From positions 31,240 through 95,239 of the forward strand of contig JACRGX010000056.1 of NCBI GenBank assembly GCA_016212185.1: a stretch of 64,000 nucleotides of DNA. The letters are read 5' to 3'. Source of the stretch: Nitrospirota bacterium. Lineage in GTDB: Bacteria; Nitrospirota; Thermodesulfovibrionia; UBA6902; DSMQ01. Positions within the stretch are counted from its first letter, which is position 1. Each line of letters starts with the position of its first letter. Positions 39,240-47,994 of this stretch are shown here, in pieces. The translations under genes and the position numbers were made by a program. The notes under the pieces were generated by a model. The model saw only the letters and a program-made list of their open reading frames with translations, was not told the origin of the DNA and did no database searches.

Positions 39240-40985
39240 TCAGTAGCTTCTGTATCTATTTGTAATCGGAAACCGCCTGTCCTTCCCGAATGCCCTCGGC
39301 GTTATCTTTATCCCGGGCGGCGCCTGACGCCTTTTATATTCAGAGCAGTCAATCATTTTAATGACCTTTTGAGCGCACTCAAGGTCGCAGCCCATTTTCA
39401 ATATCTCATCAAAACCCTTATCCTCTTCCACATATGCCTTTAAAATAGGATCCAGCACAGGGTAGGGCGGCAGAGTGTCAGTGTCTCTCTGTTCCGGCTT
39501 GAGCTCTGCCGTAGGTTCTTTCCAAAAAACCCTTTCGGGTATAAGATTTTTTCTTTCCTTTTCATTCCTCCACTTACAAAGGTCATATACCATTGTCTTT
39601 GGCACATCTTTAATGACAGCAAACCCTCCTGCCATATCACCGTAAAGTGTTGCATATCCCACGCTCATCTCGGATTTATTCCCGGTTGTGAGCACAAGCC
39701 ATCCGAATTTATTGGAAAACGCCATTAATATATTACCCCTGATTCTTGCCTGAAGATTTTCTTCGGTGATGTCTTTTTTTGCGCCCTTGAATTTCACCGC
39801 AAGCGTATTAAGATATGTCTTAAATATCTTATCAATCGGAACCCTGATAATTTTTATGCCGAGATTTTTTGCAAGGCGGTAGGCATCTTCACGGCTTTCT
39901 TTTGATGTATAAGGCGACGGCATAAACAGCCCCTGCACATTTTCCCTGCCGATTGCATCAACGGCTATTGCCGCAACAAGCGCGGAATCAATGCCTCCGC
40001 TTAATCCGATTATCACGCCGTTGAATCCGTTTTTCCGCACATAATCTTTTGTGCCAAACAAAAGCGCATTATAGACCTCTTCTTCGGGAGAAAGCGTAAT
40101 AAATTTTTTGGGCTTAATAGCAGGCTTGCCGGTTTTGATTAAATAGTCTATTTTTATTTTCTCAATATTGTCTTCCGAAGAAACGTAGGACTGAGTTTTT
40201 TCTGCAACCTTATCAGATGTTTTTAATGCTTCCATGCCAATATCAAAAACAATCAACTCTTCCTTAAATTGACCCGTCCTTAAAATGATTTTCCCTGATT
40301 TATCAGCAGCAAAACTGCCCCCGTCAAAGACAAGTTCATCCTGCCCCCCGACCATATTCACATAAGCTATTGCAACTTTATTCTTCAATGCCTGAGCGGC
40401 GATTAACTGCTCCCTGAAAGAAATTTTCCCCGTATGATAAGGCGATGCATTGATATTGATAATTATATCCGCTCCGGCGACTGCCTGAATATTTACAGGT
40501 CCATGCTCATGCCATATATCCTCGCAGATATTAACGCTGAATTTTACTGCGCCAATATCATAAACAGGGTATCTTATGCCCGGCTTAAAATAGCGGTACT
40601 CGTCAAAGACGCTGTAATTTGGCAGATGCATTTTGTGATAAACGTCTGCTAATTTGCAGTCTGAAATTACGGCAGCGGCATTGTGCAGGCCCCGCGAGTC
40701 AAGATAGCTCATGCGTATATTTTCATCAACAAAGCCCGCAATGGAAATTATGTCTTTTGAGGCGGCGATTATCTTATTCAGCGCATCAATATTGTCTTTT
40801 ATAAACTGGGGCTTTAAGAGCAGGTCTTCGGGCGGGTATCCTGTGACAGCAAGCTCGGGGAATGCAACAATATCAGTCCTTAAATCCCTTGCCTTTTTCA
40901 TAAAGGCAATTATTTTTTTTACATTTCCGGACAGGTCGCCGACCGTAGGGTTCATCTGGGCAAGGGCAATCCTCAGCATTTTCAT
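39240..40985 (-). CDS. nadE: glutamine-dependent NAD+ synthetase
   Basis: N-terminal CN-hydrolase domain plus C-terminal NAD synthetase with GLSGGIDSALVAAIA PP-loop. Confidence 0.9.
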   Translation of the reverse strand: MKMLRIALAQMNPTVGDLSGNVKKIIAFMKKARDLRTDIVAFPELAVTGYPPEDLLLKPQFIKDNIDALNKIIAASKDIISIAGFVDENIRMSYLDSRGLHNAAAVISDCKLADVYHKMHLPNYSVFDEYRYFKPGIRYPVYDIGAVKFSVNICEDIWHEHGPVNIQAVAGADIIININASPYHTGKISFREQLIAAQALKNKVAIAYVNMVGGQDELVFDGGSFAADKSGKIILRTGQFKEELIVFDIGMEALKTSDKVAEKTQSYVSSEDNIEKIKIDYLIKTGKPAIKPKKFITLSPEEEVYNALLFGTKDYVRKNGFNGVIIGLSGGIDSALVAAIAVDAIGRENVQGLFMPSPYTSKESREDAYRLAKNLGIKIIRVPIDKIFKTYLNTLAVKFKGAKKDITEENLQARIRGNILMAFSNKFGWLVLTTGNKSEMSVGYATLYGDMAGGFAVIKDVPKTMVYDLCKWRNEKERKNLIPERVFWKEPTAELKPEQRDTDTLPPYPVLDPILKAYVEEDKGFDEILKMGCDLECAQKVIKMIDCSEYKRRQAPPGIKITPRAFGKDRRFPITNRYRSY

Positions 40986-41291
40986 TATCTAAATGATAAT
41001 TAAACAAACCGTGTTTGTCTACCCCATTGGAATTTAACGGGGTGAATCATTGAGGATGTGAGGGCAGTATGGAACTGGGTGCTGGGCAATTATCCTGAGT
41101 TAATGCACTTGGCATTATATGCGGTAAATGAAAGATTCGGAGATTTTAAATTAACATGGGCGTCCTGCCTTGACATGGAAGAAGGCTCCAGGGTAATAGC
41201 CCCTGCATGGAGGCCCGGAGGGGTGCGGAGCGTAAGGGTGACGTAATTAGCATAGCATCTTATGTTATAATTGAAACATAGGAGGTTATAA

Positions 41292-41513
41292 ATGGGCATA
41301 TCTGTGAACCTTCCCGAATTAAATATATCAGAGAAAGAATTAAAATTATTGCTTGCTATCAAGCTTTTTGACGACGGCTTAGTGTCTCTTGGTAAGGCAT
41401 CTGAGATAGCCGGCTATTCTGAAAAGGCATTTGTAGAAATATTGTTGCAAAAAGGAATGTCTCCGCTAAAATACCAGAAGTTAAATCTTGATAAAGAACT
41501 GTCCAATGCCTGA
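41292..41513 (+). CDS. UPF0175-family antitoxin-like protein
   Basis: 73 aa; RBS ggagg 7 nt upstream; family normally paired with DUF3368 PIN toxins. Confidence 0.45.
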   Translation: MGISVNLPELNISEKELKLLLAIKLFDDGLVSLGKASEIAGYSEKAFVEILLQKGMSPLKYQKLNLDKELSNA

Positions 41514-41739
41514 AACAGTTATTGTTGACGCCTCTGTTTTAATAGCCTTTGAAAAAATAAATCTTTGCTTGCTAAGATGGCAAAAAATAAATAATCTTTA
41601 TTGCTTTTAGATGAGAATTAAAACATCTAACAACAAACTGCCTATACCGCTTTATCATGGAACATCAAGTTTTTTCTGTGGGTCTATCCTTAAAAATGGG
41701 CTTGGTGCTATTAATATAGTAGAAGAATATGTGATATGA
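41506..41739 (+). pseudogene. degraded toxin gene remnant (PIN/DUF3368-like N-terminus MPETVIVDASVLIAFEKI then stops)
   Basis: ATG overlaps antitoxin stop; 34-codon fragment then second 42-codon fragment. Confidence 0.35.
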
Positions 41740-41802
41740 TTATGTTCTTGAGTTGCTAAAAAACTATTTTATACTTTTTGCCGTCATTGACCTGAAAATA
41801 GA

Positions 41803-41922
41803 CTGTCATTGTCCGGCTTGACCGGACAATCCAGTACTTTCATATTCTGGTTCCCCGCTTTCGCGGGAACGGCACCTGCCGGCAGGCAGGTCTGGATACC
41901 CCGATTAAATCGGGGTATGACA
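41803..41922. repeat. MITE/REP-like composite element (3 hairpins plus CCTGCCGGCAGG palindrome)
   Basis: tgtcattgtccggcttgaccggacaatccag...ggttccccgctttcgcgggaac...cctgccggcagg...tggataccccgattaaatcggggtatgacaat. Confidence 0.6.
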
Positions 41923-41941
41923 ATTGAAAAGGAGGGGTGTT

Positions 41942-42424
41942 ATGCAAGTCTTGATTCTTTACTATTCCAAAGGGGGCAATACAAAAAAGCTTGCGGAGAT
42001 CATTGCAAAAGGCGTGGAGTCCGCCGGCGTAAAGGCTGTAATGAAAACCACGCAGGAGGTTACAAAGGATGACTTTCTTAATTCCGCAGGAATAATTGCC
42101 GGCTCTCCTGTTTATTTCGGGGTAATGGCTGCTGACCTTAAGCGGATATTTGACGAGTTTATCGGCACCAGGAGAAAAATTGGCGATTTTAAAGTCGGCG
42201 CTGCCTTTGCCACTGGAGGTCATCACACAGGAGGCAAGGAAACTACCATTATTTCCATCCTTCAGTGCATGCTCATATACGGAATGATTATAGTAGGGGA
42301 CCCTATGAGCGCATCTGGACATTACGGCGTAGGCTGTGTAGGCGCGCCGGATAAAACAGCTGATGATGAGGGCTTTAAGCTCGGCGCGCGTGTGGCAGAA
42401 CTTTGCAAGAGATTAAAAGGATAA
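41942..42424 (+). CDS. flavodoxin-like fold protein (WrbA/NAD(P)H:quinone oxidoreductase-type or flavodoxin)
   Basis: MQVLILYYSKGGNTKKLAEIIAKG flavodoxin signature; RBS aaaggagggg upstream; track ORF begins at an upstream TTG (41924) inside the repeat. Confidence 0.7.
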   Translation: MQVLILYYSKGGNTKKLAEIIAKGVESAGVKAVMKTTQEVTKDDFLNSAGIIAGSPVYFGVMAADLKRIFDEFIGTRRKIGDFKVGAAFATGGHHTGGKETTIISILQCMLIYGMIIVGDPMSASGHYGVGCVGAPDKTADDEGFKLGARVAELCKRLKG

Positions 42425-42428
42425 CTTT

Positions 42429-43184
42429 ATGGACTGGATAACTGACCCGCAGGCATGGATAGCGCTGGCAACACTTACAGCGCTTGAAATTGTGCTGGGC
42501 ATTGACAATATTATTTTCATCTCCATACTGACAGGCAAACTGCCTGTGCATCAGCGGAGAAAATCGCAGACCATCGGCCTCGCGCTGGCAATGCTTACGC
42601 GCATTATGCTTTTGTTTTCCCTTACATGGCTTATGCGACTTACCGCACCGCTTTTTTCCGTGCTGGAAAACAACATCTCAGGCAGGGACCTTATCCTGAT
42701 TACCGGCGGGTTGTTCCTTATTGGCAAAAGTACATTTGAAATTCACGACAAGCTTGAGGGCGAGGCTGGGCATTCTTCCGGCCGGACTGCGGCTTCCTTT
42801 GCAAGCGTTATCATACAGATAATGTTCCTTGACATTATTTTTTCGCTTGACTCCGTCATCACTGCCATAGGCATGGCAAATCAACTGATAATTATGGTTT
42901 TGGCAGTTGTCATTGCAGTAGTGTTTATGATGATGTCGGCAGGCAGGGTAAGCGGTTTTATTGAAAGGCATCCGACAATAAAAGTGCTTGCGTTAAGCTT
43001 CCTTCTTCTAATAGGCGTGGCCCTGATAGCTGATGGACTTGATTCCCACATTCCCAAAGGCTACATTTATTTTGCAATGGCATTCTCTGTATTTGTGGAG
43101 ATGCTGAACATCAGGGTGCGGCGCCGAGCCGTCCCCGTTAAACTTCACCAGTCGTATGTTGAAGAAGACGGCAATAATCCCTGA
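42429..43184 (+). CDS. TerC family integral membrane protein
   Basis: ALEIVLGIDNIIFISIL and second DSVITAIG repeat typical of TerC. Confidence 0.8.
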   Translation: MDWITDPQAWIALATLTALEIVLGIDNIIFISILTGKLPVHQRRKSQTIGLALAMLTRIMLLFSLTWLMRLTAPLFSVLENNISGRDLILITGGLFLIGKSTFEIHDKLEGEAGHSSGRTAASFASVIIQIMFLDIIFSLDSVITAIGMANQLIIMVLAVVIAVVFMMMSAGRVSGFIERHPTIKVLALSFLLLIGVALIADGLDSHIPKGYIYFAMAFSVFVEMLNIRVRRRAVPVKLHQSYVEEDGNNP

Positions 43185-43195
43185 AAATGGTTTTG

Positions 43196-43225
43196 TTGAC
43201 AGTAATCACGTCTGCTATTTATAAT
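43196..43225 (+). promoter_or_regulatory. candidate sigma70 promoter TTGACA-N18-TATAAT upstream of htrA
   Basis: ttgaca gtaatcacgtctgctatt tataat; second TAGTATAAT at about 43273-43281. Confidence 0.35.
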
Positions 43226-43285
43226 TCTAATAATAAGGATACCTAAACTACTCTGCGACAAAACCTCAGGGTAGTATAATCATAA

Positions 43286-43372
43286 CGTCATTCCGTGCTT
43301 GACACGGAATCCAGAATTTGTACTACAAAAACTGCAAACTACTGGATTCCCCGATTAAATCGGAGAATGACA
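43286..43372. repeat. MITE/REP-like element in htrA 5' region
   Basis: cgtcattccgtgcttgacacggaatccag ... ctggattccccgattaaatcggagaatgacag. Confidence 0.6.
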
Positions 43373-43388
43373 GCCAAAGGAGTTTACT

Positions 43389-44849
43389 ATGTCTTTAAGA
43401 AAAAATTTCAAGATTCTTTTAACTATTGCCCTTGCATCAGGCATAATCTTTTCTGTTACTGCGGGATTCACTCCCAATGCTTATTCTGAGACGCCGAAGA
43501 TTTCAAAAGAATCTGTAGATGTTCTCACAAAAACAGGCCAGGCAATGGCAGATGTGGCAGCCGCTGTTAAACCTGCTGTTGTAAATGTGTCAACTTCGCG
43601 CACCGTTAAAACCCCCCAGAGTGATTTCGGCCCGTTTTTTAACGACCCGTTTTTTAGAAGGTTTTTTGGCGATGAATTCAGCCAGAGGCGGATGCCCAGG
43701 GAACACAAGACAGAAAGCCTCGGCTCAGGAGTGATTGTATCGCCTGACGGGTATATCCTTACAAACAACCATGTCATTAAAGATGCCGATGAAATAAAAG
43801 TTATGCTTTCAGACAAAAGGGAATTCAACGGCACGGTCAAAGGTGTTGACCCAAAAACAGACATCGCCGTCATTAAGATAGACGCCGTAAACCTCCCGAC
43901 AGTTCCGTGGGGAGATTCTGACAGGCTACGGGTAGGCGAAATAGTGCTTGCGGTTGGAAGCCCTTACGGGCTTAACCAGACTATAACAATGGGCATAGTC
44001 AGTGCAGTAGGAAGGGCAAATGTCGGCATTGCTGATTATGAAGATTTTATCCAGACAGACGCCGCAATAAATCCCGGCAACTCAGGCGGGGCAATGGTCA
44101 ATGCAAAAGGCGAGCTTATCGGCATCAACACTGCTATCTTCAGCACAAGCGGCGGGTATCAGGGCATTGGTTTTGCAATACCGAGCAACATGGCAAAGAC
44201 TGTCATGGACAGCCTTATCAAAAAAGGCAAGGTCATACGCGGCTGGCTCGGCGTATCAATACAGCCGGTTACCCCTGAGCTTGCAAAACAATTTAACCTA
44301 AAGGAAGAATATGGCGCGCTTGTCAGTGATATCGTTGAAAAAAGCCCGGCTGAAAATGCCGGCATTATGCGCGGTGACGTTATCATTGAAATTGAAGGCA
44401 AAAAAGTTGACGAACCTGATCATTTAAGAAATATGGTGGCAGGCACTCCTCCGGGCACTGAGATTAACCTTAAGGTGATAAGAGAAGGCAAATCAAAATC
44501 CTTTAAGATTACAGTAGGCGAACTTCCTGCTGAGATGCAGAAGACGACAGGAGGCGAATATGACAATGTCCTGAAGGGCGTAAGCGTACAGGATTTAACC
44601 TCTGAGATATCAAAGCAGTTAAACATCCCTTCAAGGATAAAGGGAGTCGTCATTACCGATATTGCAGAGGGAGCTCCTTCAGAAGGAACCCTCAGGCAAG
44701 ATGACGTTATTGTGGAGATAAACAGGAAGAAAATTACTGACATCAAGAGTTATGAGAATATCGTCTCAAAGATAAAATCAAAAGAAGATATCCTGCTGAC
44801 GGTTTTTAGAAACGGGGCTGCAATTTATATACCGCTTTCTTGGAAGTAA
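43389..44849 (+). CDS. htrA: HtrA/DegP/DegQ-family periplasmic serine protease with two PDZ domains
   Basis: Signal peptide; catalytic triad context (HVI, D, GNSGGAMVN); two PDZ domains. Confidence 0.9.
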   Translation: MSLRKNFKILLTIALASGIIFSVTAGFTPNAYSETPKISKESVDVLTKTGQAMADVAAAVKPAVVNVSTSRTVKTPQSDFGPFFNDPFFRRFFGDEFSQRRMPREHKTESLGSGVIVSPDGYILTNNHVIKDADEIKVMLSDKREFNGTVKGVDPKTDIAVIKIDAVNLPTVPWGDSDRLRVGEIVLAVGSPYGLNQTITMGIVSAVGRANVGIADYEDFIQTDAAINPGNSGGAMVNAKGELIGINTAIFSTSGGYQGIGFAIPSNMAKTVMDSLIKKGKVIRGWLGVSIQPVTPELAKQFNLKEEYGALVSDIVEKSPAENAGIMRGDVIIEIEGKKVDEPDHLRNMVAGTPPGTEINLKVIREGKSKSFKITVGELPAEMQKTTGGEYDNVLKGVSVQDLTSEISKQLNIPSRIKGVVITDIAEGAPSEGTLRQDDVIVEINRKKITDIKSYENIVSKIKSKEDILLTVFRNGAAIYIPLSWK

Positions 44850-44858
44850 GCGAAGTAA

Positions 44859-45146
44859 TCACAGCGTCCCGAAGCTTCGGGACGCTGCAAAGTCCAATGC
44901 CGCATTCAAGCCTTCCTTTGTCAATGTCGGATAACCGCGCAGGATATCCTCTTTAGTCATGCCGGATGCAATATTTTGCAGTATTAAGGCAATAGATATT
45001 TTTGTGCCTTTTTTCTCTCTTGCAGTGCCAATTTTTTCCAAGTAGATATTTAGTCTTAGTTTGGTGAAGGGTTGTGATTTACCAAGTCTATACAGGGATT
45101 TCTTCTGGCTTGAGCCAAACAATTTTGCCATTACGCCATACAACAA
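44859..45146 (-). CDS. DUF433 domain protein (antitoxin-like HTH)
   Basis: C-terminal GTKISIALILQNIASGMTKEDILRGYPTLTKEGLNAALDFAA matches DUF433 pattern. Confidence 0.45.
   Translation of the reverse strand: MLYGVMAKLFGSSQKKSLYRLGKSQPFTKLRLNIYLEKIGTAREKKGTKISIALILQNIASGMTKEDILRGYPTLTKEGLNAALDFAASRSFGTL
44863..44887. terminator. perfect 12-bp palindromic hairpin between convergent htrA and DUF433 gene ends
   Basis: agcgtcccgaag/cttcgggacgct; no U-tract. Confidence 0.3.
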
Positions 45147-45273
45147 CCGGGTTGCCAGCCTGTTTGTGTTTCAACAGAGCATCCCTTACACCCCGAGTAA
45201 GCGCCTTAGTTATCTTGTCAGGGTCAGCAAAGGCTTCTGCTATTCTGTCTTTATGTTTTTCTTTTACCGCCAT
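45088..45273 (-). CDS. small hypothetical protein, possible partner/antitoxin of downstream P-loop kinase
   Basis: 61 aa; start overlaps kinase gene stop by 23 nt. Confidence 0.3.
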   Translation of the reverse strand: MAVKEKHKDRIAEAFADPDKITKALTRGVRDALLKHKQAGNPVVVWRNGKIVWLKPEEIPV

Positions 45274-45850
45274 ATGTTACCTCAATATTATGCCAGATAT
45301 CTGAATCATTTACCACTAATCCTTGTTTATGATCGCAATAGGCTATCAATGCAGGTTCTTCACCTGAGTTGTCATAAAAAAACCATGTATCCGATAGGGG
45401 GCAATAGAGCTTAAAAAAATTCCTAATACCAGCATGATAACGACGTCTGATGGTTTCTTCAGGAACATTGTGTCCGCCCATACGTACCCTTTCTGCCACA
45501 CGGTCAATAGCAAATTCTTCATTTGGCAGCCATAAAAAAATCAGATGAAGTGCGTAACCTGTCTTACGAAGTTCAGTAATCCATGGAGCAAAAGTACGGC
45601 TTGCTAATGTTGTTTCAAAGGCAAAATCAACACGTTTTTTTGCAAGATAATGTATGCGCTCAAGCATAACACGTCCTGCATGAAAAACTGCGCCTTCAGG
45701 CTGAAATCCGGAGAGACCTTGTGCTATTAGGTCTGCATTAACAAACTCGGTAACCTTAAGCGTACCTTTCAGTAAGGAAGGCGCGGTTGTTGATTTCCCT
45801 GCACCGTTAGGGCCTGCAATAACTATAAGATTTTGCCGCTGAATTTTCAT
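45251..45850 (-). CDS. P-loop kinase of zeta-toxin/AAA_33 type
   Basis: LIVIAGPNGAGKST Walker A; about 200 aa. Confidence 0.5.
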   Translation of the reverse strand: MKIQRQNLIVIAGPNGAGKSTTAPSLLKGTLKVTEFVNADLIAQGLSGFQPEGAVFHAGRVMLERIHYLAKKRVDFAFETTLASRTFAPWITELRKTGYALHLIFLWLPNEEFAIDRVAERVRMGGHNVPEETIRRRYHAGIRNFFKLYCPLSDTWFFYDNSGEEPALIAYCDHKQGLVVNDSDIWHNIEVTYGGKRKT

Positions 45851-45872
45851 GTTAAGTATAATTTTGTTGCGA

Positions 45873-47051
45873 CTAAACGATTAAGGCTCTATCTGATTTT
45901 TTCATAACCTCAATCAGGGGCTTATTCAGCTTCTCCGCAATTTTTTTGCAGTCTTCATATTCAGGCGCGGATTTCAGAATCTCATTCCCCAGCTTTGAAA
46001 TTTTCACGCGTACATTTCCAAACTCAGTTTTTACTGTCTTAATCTCACGCTGTAATGTAATTCTGTCTGCCTCATAAAATCTTACTCCAATGCTTGTTGT
46101 CTCTTTTAAAATTATTTTGATTAAGCCCTCTTTTTTATCCGCACTGCACAGCACGGTAAGCACTATGCCGGGCCTGTCCTTTTTCATAATTACCTGTGTT
46201 AAAAATACGTCAAGCGCGCCTGCCTTAAAAAGCCTCTCCATAACGTATTCATAAACCTGCGGGTTCATATCGTCAATATTGGTTTCTATAATAGTAACCC
46301 CCTGACCCCTGACCCCTGACCCCTGACCCTCTCCCACAAACACTCTCAAAACATTCGGGTGCGTTTTAAAATCCCTGCCTCCTGCGCCTATGCCGATTTT
46401 AGAAACGCTCATCACGGGCATCTGCCCGAAACCGTCAGCAAGCGAGGATATGAGCACTGCGCCTGTCGGTGTAGTAAGTTCAAATTTTGTATCCGATGAA
46501 TAAACAGGTATGTACTTCAGTAATTCCAAGGTTGCAGGCGCGGGCACGGGCAGTATGCCGTGCTCTGTCTTTATCATGCCGCTTCCTAAATTCAACGGGG
46601 AAGCATAGATTTTTTTTACCCCTAAGATATCCAGTCCGATTAACGCGCCGAAAATATCCACAATGCAGTCAACAGCGCCGAGTTCATGCAGATGGACTTT
46701 ATCAACCCTCTCCCCATGCACCTTTGCCTCTGCCTCAAAAAGCCGTCTAAAGATTGATAAACCTTTCTGCTTTACAATATTGGGAAGGGAAGATTTTTTA
46801 ATTATTCTCTCTATATCCTTCCATCTTCTGACTTCTGACTTCTGACTCCTGACTCCTGTTTTTAAGATGACCTCAATCTTCGTCGCCAAAAATCCCGCGC
46901 GTTTCACTTTCCGTGATTCTAATTCATACCCGCGCATAGGAAGTTTGGAGAGTTCCTTTTTTAATTTTTCAAGGGGAACGCCGGCATCAACCAGCGCGCC
47001 CAGAATCATATCACCGCTTATGCCTGATGAAGTGTCAAAGTATATGATCAT
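45873..47051 (-). CDS. larC: nickel-pincer cofactor biosynthesis protein LarC (DUF111)
   Basis: MIIYFDTSSGISGDMILGALVDAGVP N-terminal hallmark; contains two in-frame heptamer repeat tracts. Confidence 0.8.
   Translation of the reverse strand: MIIYFDTSSGISGDMILGALVDAGVPLEKLKKELSKLPMRGYELESRKVKRAGFLATKIEVILKTGVRSQKSEVRRWKDIERIIKKSSLPNIVKQKGLSIFRRLFEAEAKVHGERVDKVHLHELGAVDCIVDIFGALIGLDILGVKKIYASPLNLGSGMIKTEHGILPVPAPATLELLKYIPVYSSDTKFELTTPTGAVLISSLADGFGQMPVMSVSKIGIGAGGRDFKTHPNVLRVFVGEGQGSGVRGQGVTIIETNIDDMNPQVYEYVMERLFKAGALDVFLTQVIMKKDRPGIVLTVLCSADKKEGLIKIILKETTSIGVRFYEADRITLQREIKTVKTEFGNVRVKISKLGNEILKSAPEYEDCKKIAEKLNKPLIEVMKKSDRALIV
46298..46333. repeat. tandem heptamer (CCCCTGA)x4 inside larC CDS
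   Basis: Encodes GQGSGVRGQGV on minus strand. Confidence 0.8.
46825..46858. repeat. tandem heptamer (CTTCTGA)x3 plus (CTCCTGA)x2 inside larC CDS
   Basis: Encodes GVRSQKSEVRR on minus strand. Confidence 0.8.
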
Positions 47052-47068
47052 AATAGTTCTTCGTTAGT

Positions 47069-47142
47069 GTGTCATTCCCGTGAAAACGGGAATCCAGAAT
47101 ACAAAAAATCTGGATGCCCGATTAAGAATCTCGGGCATAACA
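47069..47142. repeat. MITE/REP-like element between larC and larB
   Basis: tgtcattcccgtgaaaacgggaatccag ... ctggatgcccgattaagaatctcgggcataaca. Confidence 0.6.
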
Positions 47143-47147
47143 GATCC

Positions 47148-47882
47148 TTATAACGTATTTATTTTATGCGCTAAAACCCCGGCGCCGAAGCCATTGTCAA
47201 TGTTCATAACCGCAATGCCCGGAACGCATGAATTAAGCATTGCAAAGAGCGCTGTTAATCCCGCAAAGCTTGTGCCGTAACCGACAGATGTAGGAACAGC
47301 AATCACAGGTTTGTCCGTCATCCCGCCCACAACAGAGGGAAGGGCACCTTCCATGCCTGCAACAACAATTATCACATGCGCTTTTTTCAAATATTCAGCA
47401 TTCCCCATCAGCCTGTGGAGCCCTGCCACCCCTACATCATAAACAGTGGTTACACTGCTTCCAAGAAATTCCGCAGTCACCGCCGCCTCTTCCGCAACAG
47501 CAATATCAGAGGTCCCCGCGGTCAAAACAAGCACATGGCCCTTTTTCTTTATTTCCCCGCCGATTGAGATCATGCCTGATGCAGAATGGAATACGGCATT
47601 TTTTATTTTCAGGGAATTATAAATCCTCTCCGTTGCCTTTGAAATAAGAAGCCTCCGACTCTTTTTATACATTGCCTCTGCAATCTTTATCACCTGCTCC
47701 TCAGTCTTGCCCGCGGCAAAAATAACCTCCGGAACTCCGAGCCTGAGATGCCTGTGGTGGTCCACCTTTGCAAATGAAATGTCCTCATACGGCAGGTGCT
47801 TGAATTTTTTTACTGCCTCATCCACGGAGATACTGCCTGATTTTACAGAATTTAGAATTCGTTGTAATTTTTTATTGTCCAT
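47148..47882 (-). CDS. larB: nickel-pincer cofactor biosynthesis protein LarB (PurE-like)
   Basis: N-terminal extension plus PurE-like fold (VLVLTAGTSDIAVAEEA...VVAGMEGALPSVVGG). Confidence 0.8.
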   Translation of the reverse strand: MDNKKLQRILNSVKSGSISVDEAVKKFKHLPYEDISFAKVDHHRHLRLGVPEVIFAAGKTEEQVIKIAEAMYKKSRRLLISKATERIYNSLKIKNAVFHSASGMISIGGEIKKKGHVLVLTAGTSDIAVAEEAAVTAEFLGSSVTTVYDVGVAGLHRLMGNAEYLKKAHVIIVVAGMEGALPSVVGGMTDKPVIAVPTSVGYGTSFAGLTALFAMLNSCVPGIAVMNIDNGFGAGVLAHKINTL

Positions 47883-47892
47883 AATTTTAACC

Positions 47893-47985
47893 TGTCATTC
47901 CGCACTTGATGCGGAATCCAGGGTTCCCCGTGAAAACAGGGCTCTAAATCCTAATGTCTGGATTCCCGCCTTCGCGGGAATGACA
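47893..47985. repeat. MITE/REP-like element with clear terminal inverted repeats (TGTCATTCCGC ... GCGGGAATGACA)
   Basis: tgtcattccgcacttgatgcggaatccag ggttccccgtgaaaacaggg ... ctggattcccgccttcgcgggaatgaca. Confidence 0.65.
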
Positions 47986-47994
47986 AAAACCATG

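Noticed and set aside
41058-41362. Overlapping 62-aa (+) and 90-aa (-) ORFs in the nadE/antitoxin spacer
   Set aside because: Mutually exclusive, no RBS, no recognisable domains; region is more plausibly non-coding.
41809-42072. 87-aa ORF and similar ORFs at 43295-43489 and 47707-48117 reading through repeat elements
   Set aside because: Their N-termini are translations of the MITE hairpins (FPAFAGTAPAGR, IPRLNRRMT, WIPAFAGMT) and run into real genes in other frames; artefacts of the repeats.
46298-46333. Possible CRISPR or minisatellite
   Set aside because: Repeat units are only 7 nt, have no spacers and are in frame inside larC; not a CRISPR array. No CRISPR repeats were seen anywhere in the window.
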